From the NCBI GenBank assembly GCA_046290465.1, contig JBKAGP010000001.1:1024001-1088000 (forward strand): a DNA stretch of 64,000 nt, given 5' to 3'. A model generated the notes under the pieces. That model saw nothing but the letters and a program-made list of their open reading frames with translations, had not been told where the DNA came from and made no database searches. The first letter of the stretch is position 1. Every line of letters starts with the position of its first letter. Source of the stretch: Planctomycetota bacterium (GTDB taxonomy: Bacteria; Planctomycetota; UBA1135; UBA2386). Below are positions 48,373 through 58,650 of the stretch, in pieces. The translations under genes and the position numbers were made by a program.

Positions 48373-50553
48373 CTATCTGCCGTCGATCCAGCGCTGCAGT
48401 CTCTGGCGCCGTCGCTTGTCGTCGAGGGCATCGACGGCGCTCTGCAATGCCGGCAGATGCCCGTCCGCCCGAAACCGGGCGACCCATGCGACGAACCGTC
48501 GCTTTGTCGCAGCGAGACTGGTGCCATTACTCAGCCGATCCCACTCGATGATCCTGGCAGCGGTCGCTTTGCCCGTCGGCTCGTCGCCTATGGCGCGCGC
48601 GAGCTGCTCGCTCTGCAGCGCCCGCGTCGCGGCTGGGCGCAGTTCGGTGTAGCCGTCCGGCGCGCTGCCTCCCGACCCGAACCACCAGCGCAATCGGTCG
48701 ATCTCGAGGTCGAGCGCCGCGCCCGCCAGCGGGCCCCGGCGTAGCTCGGTCTCGAGTTCGTCGACACGGCGCGCAATCCACGCCGCTGGATCCGCGGGCG
48801 CTGCGCCGGCGAGATCATTGGGAGCGATTCGCAGACCGAGACTGGTGACGACCGGGCTGCTGCCGAACGTCTCGGCAAGCAGCTGGTCCGCAAGCCTGCG
48901 GTCGTCGACCGAAAACGGGGGAAGCACCCGGTCGAGGTACGGAGAGAGCGCGTGGAGCGCGCGCAGTTCGGGTCGGTCCGAATCGCCGCCTCGCCGTGCG
49001 TCGCCGACGTCGAGCGGCGGCATCCAGCTGCGTTCGAGGATCGATGCGACCTGAAGGTACTGTGCAGCGGCGACAGCACGCTGGCCCCGCTCGAGGGCCG
49101 ATCCCGCCGCCGCCCGCAGCGGCGCGCATGCCTCCTGCATCACCGTGCTCAAGAACTCGTCGGCGACGCGCCGCACGGCCGAGGAAGTTCGCACGTTTTC
49201 CATCCTGGTCAGCTCGAATCGCTGGCGGTCGATCGAGGCGATGCGCTCTTCGAGCGAACCGGCACGTTCATAACGCGCACACCATGAGAGCATGCTGTCC
49301 AGCAGCGAAGGCGGCAGGTCCTGCGGCCGCAGCTGACGAACGCGTCGCGCCTCGAGCGCCACGTAGCGGGCTGCCCGCAGCCTGCCTTCGTTGCGAAGGC
49401 GGATCGCCTGACGGTCGATGGCGTCGGCGAGGCCGTCCTCCAGGACGCTTGGAGCAAGAAACTCCGGGCGATCGCGGTCCCGCCGCAGCTTCATCAGCAG
49501 ACCGCGGGCTTCGCCATAGTCGCTGCTGCGCGCGAACGCATGCACGACGCGCGCCCGCTCGACCAGCCGCTGGTCGGCAAGCGTTTCCGCGGTCAGGATC
49601 CAGCGCCAGAAACCTCGCTCGATGGTCGTCAGCGCATCTCGTGTGGTCGCGCGACGCGCCGCGGTCATCAGGTCGGCTACCAGAGGATCGTTGCGGTCGC
49701 GGCGCCGCACCCGTTGCGCTAGCAACGCGTCGCGCCGTGGCCGCACGTCGGACCAGGCGAGTAAGCGCTGCCACGCCGGCAGCTGCCGCCAGGCGGTCAG
49801 GGCCTGCTGCTCCAGCGATGCGACTCGTTCAAGCAGAGCCTCATCGTGCGCTGTGATCCGGGGCTCCAGCAGGCGGCGCGCTGCGTCGAGCCGCTCGTCG
49901 GCCGTGGTTCCGTGGGCGCCACCACTTGCAAGGCTGCTCCGGATCCGGGATTCCGCGAGCGCAGCGGCCGCAATGTCCGGGCCCGCGATCGCGTCGAACA
50001 GCACGTCCAGCGCCACGCCCTCGATGGCGGCGACCGCGTCGGCATCGGCCAGCCGCACCACGCTGTCGACCGTTCCTTCGTGGACGAGCAAGAACACGCC
50101 TTCGCAGGAACAGGACCACAGCAGTGCGTCCCGACGCAAGTCGATCAGATGCTGTCGGGACATCGTCCCGCGATCACGCGCGACGGGCACCCGGACCGCT
50201 GCGACCGGGAAGCCAACGGTGATGTCGGCCTGGGCCGCATACGCGCCCAGCGGCAGCTGTGCTTCGTCGGGGTAGCACCACTGCGACACCTCGGCGCGGT
50301 TGCCTCGCCCTACCGCGCGCACGAAGTAGGCGTGAGGCATCGGATCCGGCGCGTAGCGGACCTTGACGCCGCGCCATGTGTCCGACAGCGGATCTCCGAT
50401 GCGCAAGCCCGCAGGGAACGACGTGTGGACCACCTCGGCAGGCGTCCGGGCCGCTACCGCAGGCAGGGGCTCGTCGGGAGCCGGCGCAATGCCACAGCTG
50501 CTCATGATCAGAGCAGCCATGCCGAGACCTGTCTGTTGGCAGCGATCGAACAT
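48373..50553 (-). CDS. Hypothetical protein, possible lipoprotein (start may be 50520)
   Basis: Long ORF, lipobox-like MSSC, helical composition. Confidence 0.65.
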   Translation of the reverse strand: MFDRCQQTGLGMAALIMSSCGIAPAPDEPLPAVAARTPAEVVHTSFPAGLRIGDPLSDTWRGVKVRYAPDPMPHAYFVRAVGRGNRAEVSQWCYPDEAQLPLGAYAAQADITVGFPVAAVRVPVARDRGTMSRQHLIDLRRDALLWSCSCEGVFLLVHEGTVDSVVRLADADAVAAIEGVALDVLFDAIAGPDIAAAALAESRIRSSLASGGAHGTTADERLDAARRLLEPRITAHDEALLERVASLEQQALTAWRQLPAWQRLLAWSDVRPRRDALLAQRVRRRDRNDPLVADLMTAARRATTRDALTTIERGFWRWILTAETLADQRLVERARVVHAFARSSDYGEARGLLMKLRRDRDRPEFLAPSVLEDGLADAIDRQAIRLRNEGRLRAARYVALEARRVRQLRPQDLPPSLLDSMLSWCARYERAGSLEERIASIDRQRFELTRMENVRTSSAVRRVADEFLSTVMQEACAPLRAAAGSALERGQRAVAAAQYLQVASILERSWMPPLDVGDARRGGDSDRPELRALHALSPYLDRVLPPFSVDDRRLADQLLAETFGSSPVVTSLGLRIAPNDLAGAAPADPAAWIARRVDELETELRRGPLAGAALDLEIDRLRWWFGSGGSAPDGYTELRPAATRALQSEQLARAIGDEPTGKATAARIIEWDRLSNGTSLAATKRRFVAWVARFRADGHLPALQSAVDALDDKRRRQRLQRWIDGR

Positions 50554-50639
50554 ACCATCTCATCGTCCACGGCAACGCGACGACTTGCGACCGCCGAGTT
50601 TCCTTCACCGCAGGCACCGCAGAGACCGATCTTCCTCCG

Positions 50640-52310
50640 ATGCACCGATCGATTCCGGCCGTCGTCGCGATGCTCTGGATGCTGGCTGCATGCGGCCTGC
50701 ACGCGCCCGCCGGCTACCGGGAGCCGCGCTGGTTCGCAACCCTGTCGGTGCCCGCAGCGCATGTCGTGGGCGGCGAGCCTGGGCAGAAGGTGCGCGTCAA
50801 GAAGATCGTGGCCCGACCCGAGCGCGGCACCGACGGCCCGGATCTGTTCGGGCTGACGACGCACGAAGGCGGCACGCTGCTGTCACCACGCTACACGGCC
50901 TTGAGGGTCCTGCGTGGCGACCTCGCCATCGCACGCCACCGCGACGCCGCGACCTGGTGTCGCATCAACCTCGACACCGGGGAGGAACGGGGGCTGCCGT
51001 TTGCCGAGACGCGGTCGGTGACCAGCGCCGTGCGGCCCCAGGACGGCCCATCTGCCGTGATCGGCGTGCAGCGCGAGCAGAACGGCCGCTGGACCGTCTA
51101 CCTACTCGACGACGAGGCCAAGGTCGCCGCGACACTGCGGCATGTGCAGGGCAACGAGTTCGACGCGGACGTGCCGCCAGTCGATTACCTGGCCGACGGC
51201 GGCTACGTGGTGCGGTTCGATCCCGTTGGCGGCGAACGATGCGACATGCTGTTCGATGCTTCGGGCGAGGCGCTCAGCCCGGAACTGCCGCCGCTGGTTC
51301 GCCTCCTGCCCGCGACCGATACCGGCACATCGCTCAAGCAGCACGCGATCGTCGTCGACGAGGCCGCGGGACTGCTCTGGCCGGTGCTGGCCGACGGCTC
51401 GACCTATCCGATGGCCGACGAAGCGATCGGGCTGCGCGTGCTGCCGGACACACAAACCCCGCGCGGTTGGGCGATCGGCTGGCAGACCGACGAAGGCGAT
51501 CGCTGGGCGATCCACCCGGAGATGGCGATCGACGCGGCAACGCTGCTGGACAGCCGCAGGCGTGCGCTGTTCTCGGATGTCGCGCTGGTGATGCGCGACG
51601 CCACCCGACGCACGACCTACACCAAGAAGGTGCCGACCTGGATCGGGCGGGACGCGGCCAGCGGCACGACGATGGCGTACGAGCGCGATGGCCGCGAGCT
51701 GCTGGCGATCTTCTCGTCACCCCACCCATCGATGAGCGGCGCGTTGCGCGAGCTGCGCAAGATGTCGAGCAGCGCGCGCCACGAGGCCCGCGCGCTCGCG
51801 CAGAAAGCCCGTGAGCTGTGGGAGCAGCGCAAGCGCGAAGCAGAGCAGCGCGCCGCCGCCGAGGCGGCAGCGCAGCGCCAGCGCTACCTCGCCAACCGGC
51901 GGCGCGTCGCCGAGTTGATCGCGGAGCAGGCTTTTGCTACGGCCGAGCAACTGGCATGGAACACCAGCCGACAGTCAATGATCGACGTCGTGGTCGCAGC
52001 GCAACGGTCGGGCTGCGTCGACCAACTGCTCCTCTCCACGATCGAGGTCGCTCTGCACGCCGCGAGCCGCAAGGACCGCGGCGCGATCCGGATGGCGATG
52101 TCGACGCGGCGCACACAGCTGCACCGCCAGCGCATGGCGGCGTTGCCCTCCACCCCTCGGACGACATTCCCCAGCAGCAGCCAACGCACGACCAGCTTCC
52201 GCCCGGCTCCGCAGCGGAACTACATGCAGGAGATGCGTGACCGCGTGCGCATGAACTACCTCAGCGGCAAGCAGAACTGGTACTTCAGCGGATCGGTCGT
52301 GCGTCGCTGA
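50640..52310 (+). CDS. Hypothetical lipoprotein
   Basis: Lipobox LAAC, beta-rich N-half, coiled-coil C-half. Confidence 0.75.
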   Translation: MHRSIPAVVAMLWMLAACGLHAPAGYREPRWFATLSVPAAHVVGGEPGQKVRVKKIVARPERGTDGPDLFGLTTHEGGTLLSPRYTALRVLRGDLAIARHRDAATWCRINLDTGEERGLPFAETRSVTSAVRPQDGPSAVIGVQREQNGRWTVYLLDDEAKVAATLRHVQGNEFDADVPPVDYLADGGYVVRFDPVGGERCDMLFDASGEALSPELPPLVRLLPATDTGTSLKQHAIVVDEAAGLLWPVLADGSTYPMADEAIGLRVLPDTQTPRGWAIGWQTDEGDRWAIHPEMAIDAATLLDSRRRALFSDVALVMRDATRRTTYTKKVPTWIGRDAASGTTMAYERDGRELLAIFSSPHPSMSGALRELRKMSSSARHEARALAQKARELWEQRKREAEQRAAAEAAAQRQRYLANRRRVAELIAEQAFATAEQLAWNTSRQSMIDVVVAAQRSGCVDQLLLSTIEVALHAASRKDRGAIRMAMSTRRTQLHRQRMAALPSTPRTTFPSSSQRTTSFRPAPQRNYMQEMRDRVRMNYLSGKQNWYFSGSVVRR

Positions 52311-52361
52311 GACAACGGCGCCGTGTGAACTGAGGTTGCTCCGCATCGCGGCGCGCGACGC

Positions 52362-52847
52362 TTACAGGCCGGGGTGGCTCTGCCAGACGATGTGCAGGAT
52401 CTTCCACTCGCCGTCGAACCTGGCCAGCTGCATGTAGTCGACGCCCCACTCGGCCGTGACCTTCGCCGCGGCCGTCTGGTCCAGGACGTCCAGCACCTCG
52501 ACCTGCTTCGGCGAGTCCGCCGTGGTCTTGGAGCCATCCCGGTTCCAGCTGCCCGCCAGTTCGACCAGCTGCGCGAACGTCATCGCGCTGCCGCGGTAGA
52601 CGTCGTCGTCCGCCGGTCGGTAGAAGCCGTATTTCTTCAGGTCCGGGTGCACACTCCGCCGGATCCGATCGGGCTCGGCATCGTACAGCGCCTCCACGTA
52701 GTCGAGCGCCACACGGCGCACGGCTTCGCGGTCGTCGGCGCTGCCGCCGGCCGCGTGAGCATCGAGACCGGTGCAGCCGGTCGCGCAGAAGACCAACAGC
52801 GACGCAGCCAGCGTCAGGCCGGTCCTGGAACGGATCGTTGCGAACAT
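52362..52847 (-). CDS. NTF2-like (lumazine-binding-2-like) lipoprotein
   Basis: DYVEALY, VHPDL.K.G, A.AKV.AEWGVDYMQL....GEWKI..IVW. Confidence 0.82.
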   Translation of the reverse strand: MFATIRSRTGLTLAASLLVFCATGCTGLDAHAAGGSADDREAVRRVALDYVEALYDAEPDRIRRSVHPDLKKYGFYRPADDDVYRGSAMTFAQLVELAGSWNRDGSKTTADSPKQVEVLDVLDQTAAAKVTAEWGVDYMQLARFDGEWKILHIVWQSHPGL

Positions 52848-52949
52848 GCGCGCATCATGCACGCTACCGTCGCGACGATCCCGCCTTCTCAGCGATTGCG
52901 CGGCAACCAGCCGCGCGTGCAGCGCGCCGAAGCGAGGGACGGACGACGT

Positions 52950-53327
52950 TCAGCAGGCCGACGATTCGATCAAGCCATCACCTGCCAGCGACAAGATCGA
53001 TGCCGGCTCCCCCTGCTTGGCCGACTTCGACGGCCGCTGCGAGCGGCAGCGCGACAGCTCCCCGCCCACCGCCCGCACGCGGCGGAGCGTGCGGTCGCGA
53101 CGTTCGGCAGCGTCTTCGATCAGTCGCGAGCTGCAGCTCCACTGCACGTCGCGCTCGACGTCACAGGTGTCGCGCAGGATCGCGACGGCAAAGTCGTGCA
53201 AGACGTCCATCGACGCCGGGTCGGCGCCGGCATCGGAACCGTCGCGCACCTCCTCGAAGTAGAGACAGAACGCGGCGAGCTGTTCGCGCAGCGAGGAGAG
53301 TGGACCGTTCCAGTAGTCAGCGGGCAT
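52950..53327 (-). CDS. Hypothetical protein
   Basis: 125-aa helical-looking ORF. Confidence 0.45.
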   Translation of the reverse strand: MPADYWNGPLSSLREQLAAFCLYFEEVRDGSDAGADPASMDVLHDFAVAILRDTCDVERDVQWSCSSRLIEDAAERRDRTLRRVRAVGGELSRCRSQRPSKSAKQGEPASILSLAGDGLIESSAC

Positions 53328-53723
53328 GGGACGTGGTCGGGGGCGCAGGAGTTCGAACGATGGTTCGACCGCGGCGGCGCGGCCGGGCCGCGCGCGAAGC
53401 AAGGACCGTGCCAGCGAGCACGCAATGCCAGTCCCGGTGTCGCCGCCTGGCCCGCGCCGGCGACGACGACGAAGCTGCCGCCATGGGTGGAAGAATGTGC
53501 ATAGGTGTCCCGCGCGTGCCTGGGTCGACGCGCGGCGGCCCGAAGCGCCGCCATGCTGCCCGACGGGGTGGCATCGTCAGCATCCGCGCGCCGCAAGGTG
53601 CGCGGCTGCGCCCATCGCGTCGACACCGCGGCGGCACGTCGGTTGCACCTGCCATCGTGCCGCCGCGGCTTGCGGTCGCGCGGCCTTCCCAGAGATCGCC
53701 CGGCAGATCGGGCCCCACCATTC

Positions 53724-54086
53724 ATGACCACCACCAACTTCCTGACCCTCTCCGCCTCCAGCATCATCGGTGACGCCGTTCGCAACAGCCGCGGCGAAGA
53801 CCTCGGCAAGATCGAGGAGCTGATGCTCGACCCGCAGACCGGCAACATCCGCTATGCGGTGCTGTCCTTCGGCGGCTTCCTCGGCATCGGCGACAAGCTG
53901 TATGCGATCCCGTGGCGCAAGCTGCGCCTCGACCCTGCCAACAAGTGCTTCGTGATGGACGTCACCAAGGGGCGCCTCGAGGACGCCGACGGGTTCGACA
54001 AGGACAACTGGCCGGACTTCGCAGAGGAGTCGTTCCACACGACGACGTTCGGCTACTGGGGCGAAACGCCGGACTGGGCGCAGTAG
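53724..54086 (+). CDS. PRC-barrel domain protein
   Basis: SIIGD.V.N..GE.LG.IEELM.D...G.I.YAVLSFGGFLGIG.K..AIPW. Confidence 0.93.
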   Translation: MTTTNFLTLSASSIIGDAVRNSRGEDLGKIEELMLDPQTGNIRYAVLSFGGFLGIGDKLYAIPWRKLRLDPANKCFVMDVTKGRLEDADGFDKDNWPDFAEESFHTTTFGYWGETPDWAQ

Positions 54087-54397
54087 CGCGCGAGGGCGCG
54101 GACGCGCAGAGTTCGTCGACATCGCATCGAGGTGTCGACACGAGGTGCCGATGCGTCGAGGCAGTGGCCGACCGAGCCGCGGATCGGATCACGCCCGGTA
54201 GACACCAAGCCGGCATCCGCCCGGCGCATGTGGCGCCTGGACGCATGCCCCTCGGCTTCGCCCGATTGCGTCTGCGTGCCCCCTCCGCCGCAGAAGGCAG
54301 GGGTTGCAGCTTCCGCGCCGACGTCTAGCTTCCCGCTGCCCCCAACTGGAAGAAGCCCCGGACGGCATCGACCGGGAAGGATCCGAGAACGCGGAAG

Positions 54398-55402
54398 ATG
54401 GAACTCGAACAAACAGGCGGATCCGCCATTCCGGCGATCGAGCTGCGGCGTCCCGATGGCCTCGAGGCGATCGGCAACATCGACTTGATCGCCGAACTCG
54501 CGCGTCGCGTCGAGGATGCCGGACTGACGCGGCGGGAGATCCGTCTGCTGGAACTGTTCCACCGCAGGCTCGGCATCGCACTCGACACCGACAAGAACCG
54601 TTTCTCCCGCGAGTTCCTCTCCCGCAGACTCGACACCTACTACGGCTTCCATCGCGCCATCAAGGACAACCTCGCCGGCGAGACGGTGCTCGAACTGGGT
54701 GCCGGTCCGGAGAACCCGCTCGGGACCGTGTTCGCCATGGTGCTGCTCGGCGCGGCACGCGGCATCGCGCTCGAACCGAGTCACCTGCAGTCCGAGGCGC
54801 GTCAAGCCAGCGCCCTGCTCGACACCGTGCACTGGCTGTCGGTGCTGCCCGAGTCGTTCCCGCGGATCGCCCCGGTCGACCGCGCGGAGATCCTGCGACG
54901 CGCAGCGCAATTCCCGCTGCGCGACTACGCGCACGGCAGACTGACTGCAGATCCGCGCCTCCAGCTGATCCAGGGCGTTGCCGAGGACGTTCCGGTGGCG
55001 ACGGGCTCCGTCGACCGCACCATGTCCGTCGCCTTCCTCGAGCACGTCGAGGATGCCGACGCCTGCCTCGCGGAGATGGCGCGGGTGACCAGGCCAGGAG
55101 GCGGCGGGGTCCACCTCGTCGACATGGCGGATCACGGTTTCTACACCAAGGCCGTACCGAGCCCGATCACGTTCCTGCTCGAACGACCGGACGCGGCCAT
55201 GGTGCGGCACAGCAACCGGCTACGCGGCCACGAGTGGGACGCCGCGTTCGAGCGACATGGCTTCGAGATCCTGTCCAAGAACACATTCCAACGGCACGCA
55301 TGGACCGCCGACGAACTGCGTAGCCGCGTTGCACGGTTCGCCGAGATGACGACCGAGCAGCTCGAGCCGCTCGGTACGACCTACGTCATCCGGCGCCGCT
55401 AG
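54398..55402 (+). CDS. Class I SAM-dependent methyltransferase
   Basis: VLELGAG, GVAEDVP..GSVD..S...LEHV, RVTRPGG. Confidence 0.85.
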   Translation: MELEQTGGSAIPAIELRRPDGLEAIGNIDLIAELARRVEDAGLTRREIRLLELFHRRLGIALDTDKNRFSREFLSRRLDTYYGFHRAIKDNLAGETVLELGAGPENPLGTVFAMVLLGAARGIALEPSHLQSEARQASALLDTVHWLSVLPESFPRIAPVDRAEILRRAAQFPLRDYAHGRLTADPRLQLIQGVAEDVPVATGSVDRTMSVAFLEHVEDADACLAEMARVTRPGGGGVHLVDMADHGFYTKAVPSPITFLLERPDAAMVRHSNRLRGHEWDAAFERHGFEILSKNTFQRHAWTADELRSRVARFAEMTTEQLEPLGTTYVIRRR

Positions 55403-55484
55403 GAGCGCGTCCATGAAGTGGACGCGCTGCCAACGGTGATCGCGGAAGAGGCGTGTACGCGTGCGGAAAGGGCTTTGCCTGCTA
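55399..55484 (+). repeat. REP/MITE-like repeat copy 4 (86 bp, diverged, CTAG at both ends)
   Basis: Starts on the methyltransferase CTAG stop. Hairpin loop TGAAG. Confidence 0.92.
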
Positions 55485-55577
55485 GGCCGTGAACCTCGCC
55501 CGGTTCGCCGTCCCGCGGCAGAGCGTGCCGGCTTGTTCACCGAGCCCGACCTGCAGACCGGTCGCCCCGCCGCGGCC

Positions 55578-57797
55578 TCAGCGCCCGCCGCCCGGCACCG
55601 TCGTCTCGTACTTCGTGCCGCGCGGCACCGGCACCGCCACCGGCACCGTCGTGCCGAACTCGCCGTCGGTCGTGCGGCTCGCGTCGACGGCGACGAACGA
55701 CGTGACCTCGGAAGCGAGGCCGTGCGCCAGCGCCAGCTGCAGGATCTCCTGCCGCAGTTTGTCCGGGGTCGCGACCCACGCGACCGCATCGGCCAGCGTG
55801 CGGATGCGAGCACGCGCCCACAGCTTGGCGATCGCCGGATGTTCGCGCGTCGCCTGCACCGGCAACGCGACCGACACGTCGTCGCGGCCGGCCTTGCCGC
55901 GCAGCGTCACGGTCTTCGGCAGGGCGTTCTTGACCCGACCGTGCACCAGGATCGGCCGACCGCAGAACAGGTCCGGCAGGCGCTGCGGTTCGACGTCGCA
56001 GACCTCGGCGCCACCCCAGTCGATCGAGAGATCGGCCAGCGCCGGACGCTCGATCCGGCGGAACAGTTCGTCGACCTGCCGTTGCCCCGACTCGGAGACG
56101 TCGATGTAGGCCGCGACGCCGCGGCCGACGTCGGCCATGCGTTCGAGCAGGTAGCGGTTGACCGACGTGCCGACGCCGAAGCTGAAGATGCGCGACCCGC
56201 CGACGTGCCGCCGGACGATGCCGAGGATCTCGCGTTCGTTGCCGATGAAGCCGTCGGTCATGAACGTCACGATGCGGCGCCGACCTTCGGCGACCCGCGG
56301 CTGTAGCGCCGCCCGCACGCCTCGCGACATCATCGTGCCGCCGCCGCCGCCCAGGGACTCGACGTAGGCCATCGCCCGACGCACGTTCTGCGGCGTCGCG
56401 TGCAGCGGCGCCTCGCCGAGCGACGAAGCCGCGTCGCTGAAGCGGATCACCGTGAACGTGTCCTCGGGCCTCAAGCGCTCGAGGCAGCTGCGGATCGCGC
56501 GCTTGCAGACGGCGATCGGCTCGCCCGACATGCTGCCCGAGCAGTCGACGACGAACACCATCTCGCGCGGCATCGCCTCGCCGTCGACGGCGCCGGCCGG
56601 CGGCTGCAGCAGGACCGTGAACCAGCCGTCGCCCGAGTCGCCGCCGAGTTGCATGCTGACCGCCCCGCCGAGCTGTTGCTGCTTCGGCGCATAGCGCAGC
56701 ACGAAGTCGCGATTGGGCACCGCCTCCCCGTCACGCAGGGCGACCGTCGCTCGCTGCTCGCCATCGCGTGCGATCGCGACCTGGTGGCTCTTGCACGCGA
56801 TCTCGCCGAGCTCGATGCCGGCGTCGAGCGCGACCTCGATCGCGATGCCCGGGCCGTCGCCGGCGGCATCGACCCGATACGGGACCTCGACCGGCTGGCC
56901 GGAGGTGCCGGGCGCGTCGGCCGCGATCGCGCCGACCCCGTCGTCGCGGCCGGCAGGCTGGAAGCGCGGACCGACGACGGTCGGTACCACCATCTCGAAG
57001 GCGCCATCGCGCCACGGCAAGGTCTGGAAGTAGGTCGTCGCGACATCGATCGTCTGGTCGGGTTCGATGTTGGCGACCGACTGGGTAAAGATGTTCGGGC
57101 GCTCCTGCTGCAGCAGCGATGCGTTGTAGCCCTGCGCCCTGGCCTGTTCGTAGATGCGGCGCGCCTCGTCGCGCTCGCGCACGATGCCGCGGATCCGACG
57201 GTCGCCGAGCTTCATCACGAAGTCGCTGACGGCGGCGTCCTGCGGCAGCGGGAACACGTAGACCGCTTCGATCTTGCTCGCGAACGGGTTGTGAAACGTC
57301 TGCGTGACGGTGACCGACGAGATGTTCAGCGCGACCTTCGCGGCGACGTCGGTGTGCTGCAGCGGCAGCGGCTGGCCGAACGCCTTGCCGTCGACCTTGG
57401 CGCGCAGCGCGGCGATGCGGTCGGGACCGTAGAGCTGCTTGTGGCCGTCGGCACGCTCGACGACGACCAGCTCGTCGATGGCACCACCGGGAGAGACGCC
57501 ACCGGCCTTGCCGAAGTCGACGCCCTGCAGGACATCACCCAGATCCTCGGCCAGGTAGCGTTCGGTCCGCGCCCGGATGTCGCCGTCCTCGCCGTCGTTG
57601 AAGAAGGCGCCGGCCAACGGGTGGCTCGCCGGATCCCGGTGGTCGTAGAGCCCTCGGCTGCCGCCAGGAAGCTGCCGGACGGACGGGTCCGCGGCCCCCT
57701 CGGTCGCGTGCTGGCAGCCCCACGCGGCCACCATCGCCAACCCCACGAGCAGCAGCGCGCCCGCCGCGAACAGATCCCGAATCGTCGTCTTCGTCAT
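55578..57797 (-). CDS. VIT + von Willebrand A domain protein (exported, possible lipoprotein)
   Basis: LPL..T.V, QTF.NP...IEAVY.FPLP, MIDAS DCSGSM, GGT, TDG. Confidence 0.92.
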   Translation of the reverse strand: MTKTTIRDLFAAGALLLVGLAMVAAWGCQHATEGAADPSVRQLPGGSRGLYDHRDPASHPLAGAFFNDGEDGDIRARTERYLAEDLGDVLQGVDFGKAGGVSPGGAIDELVVVERADGHKQLYGPDRIAALRAKVDGKAFGQPLPLQHTDVAAKVALNISSVTVTQTFHNPFASKIEAVYVFPLPQDAAVSDFVMKLGDRRIRGIVRERDEARRIYEQARAQGYNASLLQQERPNIFTQSVANIEPDQTIDVATTYFQTLPWRDGAFEMVVPTVVGPRFQPAGRDDGVGAIAADAPGTSGQPVEVPYRVDAAGDGPGIAIEVALDAGIELGEIACKSHQVAIARDGEQRATVALRDGEAVPNRDFVLRYAPKQQQLGGAVSMQLGGDSGDGWFTVLLQPPAGAVDGEAMPREMVFVVDCSGSMSGEPIAVCKRAIRSCLERLRPEDTFTVIRFSDAASSLGEAPLHATPQNVRRAMAYVESLGGGGGTMMSRGVRAALQPRVAEGRRRIVTFMTDGFIGNEREILGIVRRHVGGSRIFSFGVGTSVNRYLLERMADVGRGVAAYIDVSESGQRQVDELFRRIERPALADLSIDWGGAEVCDVEPQRLPDLFCGRPILVHGRVKNALPKTVTLRGKAGRDDVSVALPVQATREHPAIAKLWARARIRTLADAVAWVATPDKLRQEILQLALAHGLASEVTSFVAVDASRTTDGEFGTTVPVAVPVPRGTKYETTVPGGGR

Positions 57798-58249
57798 CAC
57801 TTGTTCTCCGTGCGGCGGACCTCGACGTCCACCTCGATGCGGTTGCCGCGAACGTCGACGGCGACCGCCGACCGCAGCTCGTGCGCCGGCAGACCCGGCT
57901 CGCGCGCCATCACGTGCAGCCTCGCCGTGCGCACCCGACCGTTCGGCAGCTGCGCCGTCGCCTCGCGCGCCAGTGCCGCCAGCACCACGCGGCCACCGCG
58001 CAGCGCCCTGCTGTCGTAGGTCGGGGCCGCCCGAAACGCGGCCGGCTCGCCGCCCTCGACCCCGACCAGCGTCGCGCTGCCGAACGTCACGTCGAGCTGC
58101 CAACCGGCCAGCGTGTGCTCGCCGGCATCGACGAACACGTCGACCGCGACGAAGCGCGGCTGTGGCTCCTGCTCCACCGCAGCCCGCCCGCCTGCGGCCG
58201 CGAACAGCGCGATCAACGCGAGCGCCAGCGCCGGGCGACGGCGCCTCAC
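57797..58249 (-). CDS. Small secreted cohesin-like beta-sandwich protein
   Basis: Signal peptide. V.VDVFVD....LAGWQLDV.F...L.GVEGG pattern. Overlaps both neighbours. Confidence 0.6.
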   Translation of the reverse strand: MRRRRPALALALIALFAAAGGRAAVEQEPQPRFVAVDVFVDAGEHTLAGWQLDVTFGSATLVGVEGGEPAAFRAAPTYDSRALRGGRVVLAALAREATAQLPNGRVRTARLHVMAREPGLPAHELRSAVAVDVRGNRIEVDVEVRRTENK

Positions 58250-58617
58250 GACCCCCTCCGTGCCGGCAGGGCCACGATCGCCTGCAGCATCAGCTCGGCA
58301 TCGGAGCCGTCGACGCGACCGTCGCTGTTCTGGTCGTAGCGGGCACTGGCATCGAGGCCGCGGGCCACGCGCCACGCATCGACCACGTCGAAGCGCCGCG
58401 GCTCGCCATCGCCACCGAAGCCCGACCAGAACAGAAGGACCGCCGCCGCTGCCGCCGCCAGCCCACCGCCGCGCAGCAGGACCAGCCGCCGTCGCCGCCG
58501 CCGGAAGCCGTGCGCCGCCCTGGCGCCGGCCGCCCGGATCGCGGCGTCGACCGCTGCGGGCACCTCGGGATCGGGCGTGCGCAGGCGAGCCCGCAGTTGC
58601 CGTTCGAAGTCGTGCAT
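58246..58617 (-). CDS. Putative anti-sigma factor with extracytoplasmic dockerin/EF-hand-like motif
   Basis: Short cytoplasmic helix, Arg cluster, single TM, then DVVDAW.VAR...DQNSDGRVDGSDA. Confidence 0.7.
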   Translation of the reverse strand: MHDFERQLRARLRTPDPEVPAAVDAAIRAAGARAAHGFRRRRRRLVLLRGGGLAAAAAAVLLFWSGFGGDGEPRRFDVVDAWRVARGLDASARYDQNSDGRVDGSDAELMLQAIVALPARRGS

Positions 58618-58650
58618 CGCCGACGTGAGGGGCCGCGCCGGCCGGAAGGT

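Noticed and set aside
1476..55484. Repeat family as a CRISPR array
   Set aside because: Copies are dispersed kilobases apart with no spacers and no cas genes
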